A stretch of 48,527 bases of DNA from an uncultured Anaerolineales bacterium (GTDB taxonomy: Bacteria; Chloroflexota; Anaerolineae; B4-G1; SLSP01), in assembly GCA_964650935.1 (NCBI GenBank), contig CAZYYC010000002.1, forward strand, positions 1-48,527. Direction: 5' to 3'. The translations under genes were made by a program, and so were the position numbers. The notes under the pieces were generated by a model. It did no database searches. It was not told the DNA's origin and saw only the letters and a list, made by a program, of their open reading frames with translations. Below, piece after piece: positions 35,445-45,900 of the stretch. Every line of letters starts with the position of its first letter. Position 1 is the stretch's first letter.

Positions 35445-36536
35445 CTACGGCTGTTGGTTCATTCGGATGACGGCTCGGAGCACGCCGTCGCCATAGCGGT
35501 TGACCAGCGCAAAGGCCTGATCCGCCTGCTCGGCGGAAAAGGCGTGGGTCGCCATCCGGGCGACGTCGATCGTCCCCGACTTCACGAGCGTGATTGCACG
35601 TGGATAGGTGTGTTTCATCCGTCGCACGAGCTTGATGGTCAAGCCCTTGCGTCGCACGACCGAAGCCGACATCCTCATCGTATCATCGTCGGGGATGCCC
35701 ACAACCACGACTCTGCCACCGGGTCGCGTGACCTGAGCCGCCTGGTCCGGTGTCTCGTCAGCGCCGGCGGCCTCAAAGGCCACGTCGACGCCCCGTCCAC
35801 CCGTGGCCTTGAGGATGGCAGCCACGACATCTTCGCTGGTGGGATCGAAGGCTACATCGGCTCCCCCAGAGAGCGCCACCTCACGCCGGTAGGCGAGCGG
35901 TTCTGTGACGTAGACGGCGCCGGCACCTGCCGCACGCGCTAGCCTTGCCGTGAAGAGCCCGATGGGACCGGCCCCCAGGACCGCGACGGTCTCCCCGACC
36001 TTGAGGTGCGCCAGATCGACCGTGTGGATCGCCACGCCAAGGGGCTCGAGCATCGCGCCCTCATCAGGCGTCATCCCCTCGGGCAGCGGAAAGCAGTTCT
36101 CAGCGGGCATGCGGATGGTGTCCGCCAGAGCGCCGACGTGGTTCGGCGATCCGCAGAAGAGGACCTCGGGGCAGAGGTTGGGATGACCGTGGAGGCAGGA
36201 CTCACAGGTGCCGCACGGGATGGCGGGCTCGACCGCCACGAGTTGACCGATCTCGAGTCCGTCCACACCATCACCCACCGCAGCGACCCAGCCCGAGAAC
36301 TCATGGCCCATCACCATCCCGGCATCGACGATGGCGCTGCCGATCGCGCCCTCATGGTAGTAGTGGTGGTCTGAGCCGCAGATCCCGACAGAGGCCACTT
36401 TCAGCAGGACCTCGCCGGGTCCGGGATGGCCCGGATAGGGCATCTGGATGGCGCGCAGATCGTGCAGGCCGAAGAGACCGATAGCGCGCATGGTGGGCGC
36501 GGAGGTGTCATCCTGGTGGCTGGGGTGCATTGTCAT
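35445..36536 (-). CDS. Zinc-dependent medium-chain alcohol/polyol dehydrogenase (sorbitol / L-idonate dehydrogenase-like)
   Basis: GICGSDHHYY (catalytic Zn Cys-His), GHEFSG, a structural Zn Cys cluster (CGTCESCLHGHPNLC), and NAD fold VLGAGPIGL. Confidence 0.88.
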   Translation of the reverse strand: MTMHPSHQDDTSAPTMRAIGLFGLHDLRAIQMPYPGHPGPGEVLLKVASVGICGSDHHYYHEGAIGSAIVDAGMVMGHEFSGWVAAVGDGVDGLEIGQLVAVEPAIPCGTCESCLHGHPNLCPEVLFCGSPNHVGALADTIRMPAENCFPLPEGMTPDEGAMLEPLGVAIHTVDLAHLKVGETVAVLGAGPIGLFTARLARAAGAGAVYVTEPLAYRREVALSGGADVAFDPTSEDVVAAILKATGGRGVDVAFEAAGADETPDQAAQVTRPGGRVVVVGIPDDDTMRMSASVVRRKGLTIKLVRRMKHTYPRAITLVKSGTIDVARMATHAFSAEQADQAFALVNRYGDGVLRAVIRMNQQP

Positions 36537-36543
36537 CTTGGTC

Positions 36544-37542
36544 CTATCTGATGCGCGTGTTCTGTTCGCTCTCCCACATGTCGGCGTTGGTGCCGAAGGC
36601 GGCTTTGAGCGGGTCGGTGGCCTCGTTCAGGGCAGTAAGGACATCGGCTGGGAGCTGCAACTCGGCAGCTTTGACGTTCGCCGTGATCTGCTCGGGGCTG
36701 CGGGCGCCGGCAATGACGGTGGCGACCGCGGGCTGGGCCAACACCCAGGCGAGAGCGACGTTGGTCATAGGTAGGTCGGCCTCGGTGCAGATCTCGCGGA
36801 TGCGTGTGAGTGCCGTCGCGGTCTCGGCCTCGGCGCCCGGACCCCCATGGCGCGTCATCGGGCGCCGCTCGGAGGAGAAGTGGCGTGTGCGGGCGCGCTC
36901 GTCGGGGATGTCATCGATGGTGGCGAACTTGCCGGTGAGAATCCCGTGCAGCAGAGGGCTGTAGGCCGCTACGCTGACGCCGTGCTCAAGGCAGGCGGGG
37001 ATGATCTCCTGCTCGATGGAGCGGAAGAGCAGGTTGTAGGCTAGTTGATTGAGCTCGATGCGACCGACCTGCAGGAGCGCGGACAGGTCCTGCTTGCCGA
37101 AGTTGGAGCAGGCCGCGAAGCGCACTTTGCCCTCGTTCTGGAGCCGGGCCATCTCGCCCAGCGTCTCCTCGAAGGGCACCTCCCAGTTGGGCCAGTGGAG
37201 GTAGTAGACATCGATATAGTCGGTCTGCAGGCGCTGCAGGCTCTCTTCACACGCCCGGCGCAGCTCTGCGGGGCGTGCGTGATCGCCGGATGCCTTGGTG
37301 GCGATGATCACGTCCTGACGCATATCCTTGAACGCTTTGCCGATCAGCTCCTCGGAGCGCCCGCCGCCGTAGGCCTCCGCACTGTCGAAGAAGTTGACGC
37401 CGACCTCGACCGCCGTGTGCAGGGCAGCGATAGCTTCCTGCTCGTCTTGCTCTCCCCAGACCTGGTCGCCTCCAATGGCCCAGCAGCCCATACAGATGGT
37501 GCTGACCTCAAGGTCGCTGCGTCCGAGTTTACGATACTCCAT
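36544..37542 (-). CDS. Aldo/keto reductase family oxidoreductase
   Basis: MEYRKLGRSDLEVSTICMGCW...NFFDSAEAYGGGRSEELIGKA...YYLHWP. AAGGAGG Shine-Dalgarno 8 nt upstream. Confidence 0.9.
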   Translation of the reverse strand: MEYRKLGRSDLEVSTICMGCWAIGGDQVWGEQDEQEAIAALHTAVEVGVNFFDSAEAYGGGRSEELIGKAFKDMRQDVIIATKASGDHARPAELRRACEESLQRLQTDYIDVYYLHWPNWEVPFEETLGEMARLQNEGKVRFAACSNFGKQDLSALLQVGRIELNQLAYNLLFRSIEQEIIPACLEHGVSVAAYSPLLHGILTGKFATIDDIPDERARTRHFSSERRPMTRHGGPGAEAETATALTRIREICTEADLPMTNVALAWVLAQPAVATVIAGARSPEQITANVKAAELQLPADVLTALNEATDPLKAAFGTNADMWESEQNTRIR

Positions 37543-37620
37543 GGTGTTGACCTCCTTGATTGTGTCGTAGCCGATTATAGGTGACGTGGTGGGTAACTCA
37601 AGGTCGCGCGCGCTTGCCTC

Positions 37621-38904
37621 TCAGGAAAGGAACTTCGCCTCGATCGCCGCCAGGGCCTCGTCGCCGATGGGGACCATCTCACCGATGTGCGAGGTGTCGA
37701 TGAGGGCCGTCGCACTGAACTCGGCGACCTCCAGCCGGTCGAAGGCCTGCGGCAGGTCCTTACCGGTGGTGAGGATCGCGTCGTTCTGCAGTAGAGCGAC
37801 GGGTACCTGCTCGCCGAGGCGACGCGACAGCGTCTCCCCATCATCGAACTGCTCGCCATAGGGGACGGTAGGGATGTCGCGCAGCACGATGTAGCTCTCG
37901 GGGATGGTGCGGGTGTCGAGTTTCTTCCCGGTGATGCTGTAGGCGGTTGCGCTCGGCGGCTGAGCTGTGATGATCGCGCCGATCTCGGGATGGTCGCGGT
38001 AGATCGTCATATGCAGGCGTACCGCGCGGCTGGGTTGTTTGCGCCGCTCGCGTCGCCCGTTGCGGACGAGCACGATGTCCTCGATATCCAGGTACTTGCG
38101 GTCGACACCGAAGGGCGTGATGAGGAAACTGTCGCCATCGATGCGGGCTGAGACCGTGCCTTCGGTACTGGTCATCAGCCGCTGGTCGTAGGCGCGATGC
38201 ACAACGTCGACGACCTGCTTGCGCAAGGTGAGCTCCGCCGTGGCGTGAGTCTTGGGGTTGAACTTGGGCAATTTCTCGCCGCGCCGGTGTGAGCGCTCGA
38301 TCTGCCCATCGGTTAAAGAGCCGACCTCGCCCAAGGTTCTGGCCCGTATCAGGGTGCGCGCGCAGAAGTCGAGCGTCTCAAACCGCTGAAAGGCCTCGAG
38401 CAGCGACGCGCCTCCCGAGACGACACCGTGATTTTCGAGCAGGACGATGTCGACGCCATCGCCGAAGGTGGCGGCGATGGCGCTGCCCAGCTCCTCGCTG
38501 CCGGGGAGGGCATAGGGCGCATAGCCGACGGTGCCGCAGACGTAGTGGGCCTGGGGAATGATCTTGGTATTGGGGATGGTGCGGACGATGCTGAAGGCGA
38601 CCAGCGCCTGGGGATGAGCGTGGACGATGGCGCGGAAGTCGGGTCGTCGGGCGTAGATCGCGCGGTGGAAAGGGTACTCCGACGAGGGCCTGTGAGGACC
38701 GATGGTGGTGCCGTCCGGCTTGACGCAGATGATGTCGCTGGGCGTCAGCGCGCCTTTGTCGATGCCGGCGGGCGTGATCCACATATCCCCCTCGGGATCC
38801 AACACCGAGAGATTGCCCCCGGATGTCGTCGTCATGCTGTAGCCGTAGATGCGCTTCATGATGGTGACGATCTGTTCGCGCGGCGGCAAGAGATCGAATC
38901 TCAT
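37621..38904 (-). CDS. Tandem-domain class II aldolase/adducin-family protein (intact N-domain, degenerate C-domain)
   Basis: Domain 1 carries the FucA-type catalytic set: PSSE76...H95-A-H97...ENH159G. Domain 2 is homologous but has A294, T313, Q315 and D375 at those positions. Confidence 0.85.
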   Translation of the reverse strand: MRFDLLPPREQIVTIMKRIYGYSMTTTSGGNLSVLDPEGDMWITPAGIDKGALTPSDIICVKPDGTTIGPHRPSSEYPFHRAIYARRPDFRAIVHAHPQALVAFSIVRTIPNTKIIPQAHYVCGTVGYAPYALPGSEELGSAIAATFGDGVDIVLLENHGVVSGGASLLEAFQRFETLDFCARTLIRARTLGEVGSLTDGQIERSHRRGEKLPKFNPKTHATAELTLRKQVVDVVHRAYDQRLMTSTEGTVSARIDGDSFLITPFGVDRKYLDIEDIVLVRNGRRERRKQPSRAVRLHMTIYRDHPEIGAIITAQPPSATAYSITGKKLDTRTIPESYIVLRDIPTVPYGEQFDDGETLSRRLGEQVPVALLQNDAILTTGKDLPQAFDRLEVAEFSATALIDTSHIGEMVPIGDEALAAIEAKFLS

Positions 38905-38977
38905 CGTGTGCCTCTGCTTTCGTTACGTGACGGGCGACGATTGTCCGGTGATCCGGATCGTTCGTTATTCGTTGCGT

Positions 38978-40108
38978 CTATAGCTCCACGGGTTGTCCGC
39001 CGAGTTTCGCGGACTCGCGGATCGCTAGGATCAGTGCCTGGTCGAGGCGCGCCTGGTGGGGACCGTAGGTCGGATCGGTGTCGTCGCGCACGGCGTCGAC
39101 GAGGCTCAGCAGACAGCCGGCGACGCCGATCTCGTCATCGTGCCATTGGGGACCGTGCCCCTGGATCCGGGGACGGAAAGGGTTCTCCCAGGTCACGATG
39201 GGCAGGTCCGGGTCGCCGGTATGGGCGACCATCGCCACGAGCGCGCCGCCATCGCAGCGCTCCCAGCGACGTTCCACCGTGATGAAGCGCGGCGCTTCAC
39301 CCCCGGGCGCCAGTAGCGAGAGTCTTTCCTCGACATCGAGCCCTACACCGGTTGTGAGCCCCATGCCCTTCTCCGCCATGAAGCGGCTGCTGCGCCACCA
39401 GCGAAGCGCTGAGTCGTAGCCGACGTCGGTCCAGTGGAAAACGCCCACCTGACCGCCCTCAAACTCGATGATGCCGTGTTCCTGGGTCTCGGTGCGCGGC
39501 CCACGGGTGCCGGCATTCATCGCCCAGTGGGGTGCGAGGTCGTAGGAGTGGATTGAGCCGGTGACGCGGATGGGTCGAGCATCGAAGCCGAGGTAGCTGC
39601 GCATGACGCTGATGCCGTGGTAGCCATGCCCCCCATAGTCGTTGAAGGAGGTGTAGACCTGGCCGAAGAGGCCTGAGGCGATCAACTTCAGCTTGAGCTG
39701 CTCGAGGGGACGGCGGTGAAATTGCTCGGCCACCTCCACCTTGAGATGCTGCTCCTCGGCGGCGTGGATGATCGCGTCGGCTTCGTCGAGATCGTGCGCA
39801 ATCGGGGTCTCCAGGAGGACGTGCAGCCCATGGTCGACAGCTAGCTTGCCGACCACGCCGTTGGCGCTGTAGGCGACGGAGACGATGCCGATCGCGGGTT
39901 CCGTCTCCGTCATCAGACGGTCCAGGTCGGTGAACCAGGGCGCGTTCAGTTCGTTCCCGAGGCGCTGTGCTGAGGCATCACTGCGGCCCCAGACCGAGAC
40001 CAACTCGACGTCCTGGGGAAGGGCTTTGAGGATCGGCCCATAGAGGTAACCGGAACGTCGGGCCGTGCCGATGATCGCGACGCGAAGTGGGGAGCCGCTC
40101 TTTGCCAT
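38978..40108 (-). CDS. Gfo/Idh/MocA-family oxidoreductase
   Basis: Preferred start is ATG 40108, behind GGAGGAGG. LRVAIIGTARRSGYLYG Rossmann N-terminus and ETPIA motif. The track ORF adds 10 aa, to 40138. Confidence 0.85.
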   Translation of the reverse strand: MAKSGSPLRVAIIGTARRSGYLYGPILKALPQDVELVSVWGRSDASAQRLGNELNAPWFTDLDRLMTETEPAIGIVSVAYSANGVVGKLAVDHGLHVLLETPIAHDLDEADAIIHAAEEQHLKVEVAEQFHRRPLEQLKLKLIASGLFGQVYTSFNDYGGHGYHGISVMRSYLGFDARPIRVTGSIHSYDLAPHWAMNAGTRGPRTETQEHGIIEFEGGQVGVFHWTDVGYDSALRWWRSSRFMAEKGMGLTTGVGLDVEERLSLLAPGGEAPRFITVERRWERCDGGALVAMVAHTGDPDLPIVTWENPFRPRIQGHGPQWHDDEIGVAGCLLSLVDAVRDDTDPTYGPHQARLDQALILAIRESAKLGGQPVEL

Positions 40109-40188
40109 AACACTACCTCCTCCGTTAAGTGATCCCACAATCGTGCGGCCCCATTATAGGGTCACAGGGAGGAGGGGGCAATTGGGTG

Positions 40189-41472
40189 CTATGTTGCGAG
40201 GTGGGTAAGGAAGCGATCGACGTCGTAGAGGGCCGACTGGGCGGGCGGGGAGATCTGCAGCGCGATGAGGTCGAAGGCATGTTCGACCATCGGGAGCTTG
40301 ACGATCGCGGCTTCAGCTCCGGCTGCCACGAGCGACCGGTGAAGCCCGATGACGTCCTCAACCGGGATGACGTGGTCATGCAGGCCCTGGATGAGCAGGG
40401 TGGACGGGCAATGGGGGCCGATGTGGGCGATGGGCGAGTAGGCGAGCAGGGCCTCGTCAAGCTGAGACAGCGGAGCCCCGAAGAGTCGCTGGGCGAGTTT
40501 GGACCATGGCAGATAGCCCTCTTGCGGGAAGTAGCCGAGGGCCTTGCCTGCCGCTGTCGCCAGCGGATGCATCGACTGCTCGGACCAGTGATCGGTCAGG
40601 GTGCGCAGATCGGCGACGGGGTAGTAGGCGACAACGCCGCGGACCGACGTGTCGACGCCGCGGACGTCCCCGGGCGTGTAGGTGGGATCGCCCGAGGTGT
40701 AGGCAGCGAGCAAGGCCAGGTGCCCGCCCGCCGATCCGCCTGCGAGCACAACGCGGGTGGGATCCACGCCAAGCGCCGGTCCGTTGGCCTTGAGCCAAGC
40801 GACGGCACGCTTGACGTCACCGAGCATGCCGAGCATATCGGTCTCGCGGGCCATGCGGTAGGCGACATCTATGATGACGTGGCCCTGGGCAGTCAGATGG
40901 CGGAAAAAGGGGCGCGTCAGGACGTCTTTGTCGAAGGCCTGCCAGGCACCACCGTGCAGGAAGACGATACCGATGTCCGAGCGCGGTACGCCGGGTTCGG
41001 GCTGCCAGAGATCGCAGAGCAGGTCACGATCGGTACCCGGCACCGTCGCAAAGGTGACGTTGCGGACCACGCGTGAGCGGGGCCGCGTCGCGACCTGACC
41101 GAGCCGCCAGCGCCGGCTCAACCGTCTTGACTCGGGTTCGGATTTGACCGGGAAGGCCCGGTCAACGTCGCTCTCGGGTGTGGTGATGCGCTGGATATAG
41201 TGGGCGCCCAGCAGGGCCCCCAACACCCCCAAGGCGCCGATGTGGGGCCGCCGCGTCCGACGGGCGAGCAGGGTGCCGACCCACCCCAACAGGGCCAACA
41301 CCGGTGCGAGGGCGCCGCCCAGGATCTTGAGACCATAGCCGATCAGATTCGTCGAGAGGCCGCGGGTCCGCGGCTTGACGTAGAGCCAGCCGGTGAGGGC
41401 GGCAGAGGTGATGCAGAGCGCCGTCGTCAGACGATTGAGGCGGTTCCGTGGTTCGCTGTGGTCCTGGGTCAT
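40189..41472 (-). CDS. Membrane-anchored alpha/beta hydrolase (esterase/lipase, HGG type)
   Basis: About 3 N-terminal TM helices, then FLHGGAW (oxyanion HGG), GGSAGGH (GxSxG nucleophile), GLHDHV (Asp) and MVEHAF (His). Confidence 0.8.
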   Translation of the reverse strand: MTQDHSEPRNRLNRLTTALCITSAALTGWLYVKPRTRGLSTNLIGYGLKILGGALAPVLALLGWVGTLLARRTRRPHIGALGVLGALLGAHYIQRITTPESDVDRAFPVKSEPESRRLSRRWRLGQVATRPRSRVVRNVTFATVPGTDRDLLCDLWQPEPGVPRSDIGIVFLHGGAWQAFDKDVLTRPFFRHLTAQGHVIIDVAYRMARETDMLGMLGDVKRAVAWLKANGPALGVDPTRVVLAGGSAGGHLALLAAYTSGDPTYTPGDVRGVDTSVRGVVAYYPVADLRTLTDHWSEQSMHPLATAAGKALGYFPQEGYLPWSKLAQRLFGAPLSQLDEALLAYSPIAHIGPHCPSTLLIQGLHDHVIPVEDVIGLHRSLVAAGAEAAIVKLPMVEHAFDLIALQISPPAQSALYDVDRFLTHLAT

Positions 41473-41486
41473 GGGCTTTTCGAGAT

Positions 41487-41518
41487 CAGGAGCCCCTCGA
41501 TGATACGAGGAGCTCCTG
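41487..41518 (-). terminator. 13-bp hairpin between metK and the hydrolase gene
   Basis: On the minus strand: CAGGAGCTCCTCG-TATCAT-CGAGGGGCTCCTG, with one G-U pair. It lies 24 nt after the metK stop and 15 nt before the hydrolase ATG. No U-tract follows, so it may attenuate or stabilise rather than fully terminate. Confidence 0.4.
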
Positions 41519-41541
41519 CACGTGACCGTTCTCCGGTGGGG

Positions 41542-42759
41542 CTAGGCCAGACCGGCCTGCTCCTTGAGTGTAGCCGCCTTATCGGTGCGCTCCCAGGGGA
41601 CATCGAGGTCGGTGCGACCGAAGTGGCCGTAAGCGGCGACCTGCTTGTAGATGGGGCGGCGCAGGCCCAGGTCGCGGATGATCGCGCCGGGGCGCATATC
41701 GAAGTTCTTCTCGATCAGCTCGACGATCTTCTCGTCGGGGATCACGCCGGTGCCGAAGGTCTCGACGGCGATGCTGGTGGGCCGGGCGACCCCGATAGCG
41801 TAGCTTAGCTGCACCTCAATGCGCTCGGCGATGCCGGCTGCCACGATGTTCTTCGCGATGTAGCGGGTCATATAGGTTGCCGAACGGTCGACCTTGGTGG
41901 CGTCCTTGCCTGAGAAGGCGCCGCCGCCGTGGCGCGCCACACCCCCGTAGGTGTCGACGATGACCTTGCGACCCGTCAATCCGGCGTCGCCCGCGGGGCC
42001 ACCGGTGACGAAGCGCCCGGTGGGGTTGATGAGGTACTTGGTCCCGTCGTCCAGGAAGCTCTCGGGGATGACGGGCTTCACGACATGCTCGATGATATCC
42101 GCCTCGATCTGGTCGTGGCTGATGTCGGGGTGGTGCTGGCTGGAGACAACGACGGTGTCGACGCGCTTGGGCTTGCCGTAGGCGTATTCGATGGTCACTT
42201 GGCTCTTACCATCGGGACGCAGGTAGGGCAGGGTGCCGTCCTTGCGCACCTCGGCGAGACGTCGGGTGAGCTTGTGCGCAAGCGAGATGGAGAGCGGCAT
42301 GAGCTCCGGGGTCTCGGTGCAGGCAAAGCCGATCATCATACCCTGATCGCCGGCGCCGATGGCCTCGATCCGGTCGTCCTCGCTCATCTGGCCCTGCTTG
42401 TGCTCAAGGGCCTCGTCCACGCCGAGGGCGATGTCGGCACTCTGCTCTTTGATGGAGACGATCACGCCACAGGTCTCGCCGTCGAAGCCGTACTTGGCGC
42501 GGTCGTAGCCGATGTCGACAATGGTCCGCCGCGCGATGTCGGCGATCTCGACGTAGGCCGAGGTGGTGATCTCGCCGGTGACGACGACCAAACCGGTGGT
42601 CACGACGCAGTCGCAGGCGACGCGCGCATCAGGATCCTCAGCCAGGATTGCGTCCAGCACCGCATCGGAGATCTGGTCGCAGATCTTGTCAGGGTGACCC
42701 TCGGTCACCGACTCGGAGGTCAGGAAGTACTGCGGGTCTTGCATAAAGGACAGTGTCAT
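41542..42759 (-). CDS. metK: S-adenosylmethionine synthetase
   Basis: [54 protein letters not shown]: canonical MetK motifs over 405 aa. Confidence 0.95.
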   Translation of the reverse strand: MTLSFMQDPQYFLTSESVTEGHPDKICDQISDAVLDAILAEDPDARVACDCVVTTGLVVVTGEITTSAYVEIADIARRTIVDIGYDRAKYGFDGETCGVIVSIKEQSADIALGVDEALEHKQGQMSEDDRIEAIGAGDQGMMIGFACTETPELMPLSISLAHKLTRRLAEVRKDGTLPYLRPDGKSQVTIEYAYGKPKRVDTVVVSSQHHPDISHDQIEADIIEHVVKPVIPESFLDDGTKYLINPTGRFVTGGPAGDAGLTGRKVIVDTYGGVARHGGGAFSGKDATKVDRSATYMTRYIAKNIVAAGIAERIEVQLSYAIGVARPTSIAVETFGTGVIPDEKIVELIEKNFDMRPGAIIRDLGLRRPIYKQVAAYGHFGRTDLDVPWERTDKAATLKEQAGLA

Positions 42760-42966
42760 CTTGTGTATCCCCTTCCCATATGATCAAGCGGTCTCTCAAG
42801 CGACCGAGCGACTCGCCGTTGTCTGTGTTGATGGTGTTGGGCGGCGCGATCGGGCGCCCGGCACCAAAGCGTAGACTACAACAAAACCGGCTAAGTGCAA
42901 CCCCGTTGGGAGGATGTGGAATATGACAGGTTCCTTCGTATACTTAGGGCATACTGAGCATCTCAT

Positions 42967-45900
42967 GTGCGCGACAGGACTGACTCTATGGATGAAAATC
43001 TGGCCTCGTTTCTGACGCCGGTTGCCGCCTGGTTTGAGGAGGCCTTCGGCGCGCCCACACCGCCGCAGGCTCAGGGCTGGCCCGCGATCCAGCGCGGCGA
43101 GCATACCCTGATCCTGGCCCCCACAGGCTCCGGTAAGACGCTGGCGGCCTTTCTTTGGGGGATCGATCAGCTCTTCCGCGAGCTCTCCTCGCCTGAGGGC
43201 GCGCCGGACGGCGTGCGCCTCATCTACATCTCGCCGCTGAAGGCGCTCAACAACGACGTACACCGTAACCTGCGTCGCCCGCTGGCAGGCATCCGGCGCA
43301 AGGCCGATGAGCTGGGCCTGGAGCTGCCGTCGATACGGGTGGCGGTGCGCTCGGGTGATACGCCCCAGCGCGAGCGGCGCGCGATGCTTAAGCAGCCGCC
43401 GCACATCCTCATCACGACGCCCGAGTCACTCTACCTGGTGCTGTCCAGCCCGAAGGCGCGCGAGATGTTCCGTAGCGTCCACACGGTGATCGTCGACGAG
43501 ATCCACACTCTCGCCGGCAACAAGCGCGGGGTGCATCTTTCCCTGAGCCTGGAGCGGCTGCAGGCCCTGGCTGATGAGGAGGTCCAGCGACTGGGGCTGT
43601 CGGCGACGATCCGACCTCTGGAGGAGGTGGCGCGGTTCCTGGGTGGCGGCACCTGGTCGGGCGAGGGAGAAGCGAGGTCGTTGAGCCCGCGGCCCGTGAC
43701 CGTGGTCGACGCTGCGTACAAAAAGGCGCTCGATCTGCGGGTCGTAACCCCGCTGGACGACTTCCGCAACGTGCCCGGCGGCTCGATCTGGCCCACGCTG
43801 ATCGCGCGGGTGCTCGACCTGATCCGCGTCCACAAGACGACGCTGGTCTTCACGAACAACCGCCGGCTGGCAGAGCAGACCGCCGATCGGCTCACCGAGC
43901 AGATGGCGGCGGAGGCGTCGGGCCGCGCCACGGGCCTCATCGAGGGCGGTGTGGTGAAGGGCGTGGGCCTGATGGCGACCGGGACAGGGCTGGCAGCGCT
44001 GCGAGACGATGCTGCGCGTGTGCGGGTCCACCACGGCAGCGTCGCCAAGGAGGCCCGCCTGGAGATGGAGCGACAGCTCAAGGCGGGGGAGCTGCCCGTG
44101 TTGGTAGGGACCTCGTCCCTGGAGCTGGGCATCGACATCGGTTCGGTCGACCTGATCGTGCAGCTGCAGTCGCCCAAGTCGGTGGCGCAGGGCCTGCAGC
44201 GGGTGGGACGCTCGGGTCACCTGGTGGGGCAGACGAGCAAGGGGCGCATCTTCCCGACGCATCGCGAGGATGTTGTGGAGGCGGCGGCGATCGCCGGGGG
44301 CATGCTGCGCGGCGAGGTGGAGCCGACGCACACGCCGCGCCACCCGCTGGACGTGTTGGCGCAGCAGATCGTGGCGATGGTGTCGGTGGAGACGCAGGAG
44401 GTCGAGGCGCTGTTCAACCTTGTCCGCCGTGCATACGCCTACCACGACCTGTCGTGGCGTGCCTTCGAGGCGACGCTGGAGATGCTGGCGGGGCGCTATC
44501 CCAGCCAATCGTATCGCGAACTGCGCCCGCGCCTGAGCTGGGACCGGGTGAACAACCGGCTGGCGGCGCTGCCCGGCTCGCGCATGATGGCCCTGACCAA
44601 CGGCGGCACGATCCCCGACAGCGGCTCCTTCGGCGCCTATCTGAGCGACGGCAAGACCAAGTTGGGTGAGCTCGACGAGGAGTTCATCTTCGAGACGCGC
44701 ATCGGCGACACGATGATGCTCGGATCGCAGGTGTGGCGTGTGATCGACCTGACCGACGACCGGGTGACGGTGGCCCCGGCTCCGGGCGCGACGCCGCGGA
44801 TGCCCTTCTGGCGCGGGGACTTTCCGTGGCGGCCCTATGAGCTGGGGGTGAAGGTGGGGGCGTTCCGGCGCGAGGTCGCCGAGCGCCTGGTGGCGATCGC
44901 GCAGGATCTGGGCCTCGAGGATCTTGGCGAGATCCGCGAGCTGCGCGAGGCGCCCGAGGTGGCGGGGCTGCTCGGTTGGCTGCACGAGCAGTATGCGCTG
45001 GACCGGCGATCGGCCTGGCACACGGTGGACTACCTCGCCGGGCAGCTGGGGCAAGCCGGTGCGCTGTCGTCGGATCGCACGATCCTGGTGGAGGTCTTTG
45101 AGGATGCGCTGGGCGACCCGCGATTGGTGGTCCATTCGCCTTTCGGCGGGCGCGTGAACGGACCGTGGGGGCTGGCGCTCGCCGGAGCGCTGCGGGAGCG
45201 GACAGGCGTCGAGATCGAGGTGGAGACGAACGACGACGGTATCCTGCTCCGCCTTCTGGATGCCGAGGCCGAGTTCCCGCTGGACGTGATCGCGGAGATG
45301 GGGCCGGTGGAGGCGCGCGAGCGGATCCTGAAGGAGTTGCCCGATTCGGCGGTCTTCGGCGCGCACTTCCGTCAGAACGCGGCCCGCGCGCTGTTGTTGC
45401 CGGGCCTGGGGCGCGGCAGGCGCACGCCCTTCTGGCTGCAGCGGTTGCGTGCGCGGGATCTATTGCAGGTCGTGCGGCACTTTGACGACTTCCCGATCAT
45501 CGCCGAGACCTACCGTGACTGTCTGCAGGACGTGCTCGACCTACCTCACCTGGAGGAGGTGCTGACCGGTATCCGGGAGGGGGCGATCGAGCTGGTGGTG
45601 GTCGAGTCGCTGACGCCCTCGCCGGTGGCGCAGAGCTTGCTCTGGGACTTCATCAGTGTGCGGATGTATGAGTGGGACACGCCGCGGGCCGAACAGCAGC
45701 TGCAGACGCTGGCGGTCAACCGTGACCTGTTGCAGGACCTGCTGAAGGGCGTCGAGCTCGACGAGCTGTTGAGGCCCGAGGCGATCGAGGCGGTGCGGGA
45801 GCAGCTGCAGCGCACGGCGCCGGCGCAACGGGTGCGCACCGCCGAGGAGTTGGCGGTGCTCCTGCAGCAGCTCGGCGATCTCGCCTCCGGCGAGGTCGCA

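Noticed and set aside
42760-42966. Possible SAM riboswitch in the ~200-nt leader upstream of metK (minus strand)
   Set aside because: I wrote out the minus-strand leader and could not find the SAM-I core (GAGGGA...GCCC...GGCAACC...GGUGCUAA...AGAGAU with a closing P1). I also found no convincing SAM-II, SAM-IV or SAM-V-like arrangement. Only an imperfect GC hairpin around 42832-42872 is present. A covariance-model scan (Rfam RF00162, RF00521, RF00634) would settle it.
43426-45366. 646-aa minus-strand ORF, plus 45541-46410 (-) and 43431-44177 (-), inside lhr
   Set aside because: These are Arg/Pro/His/Gln-rich antisense shadows of the Lhr gene, whose plus-strand frame carries all the helicase motifs.
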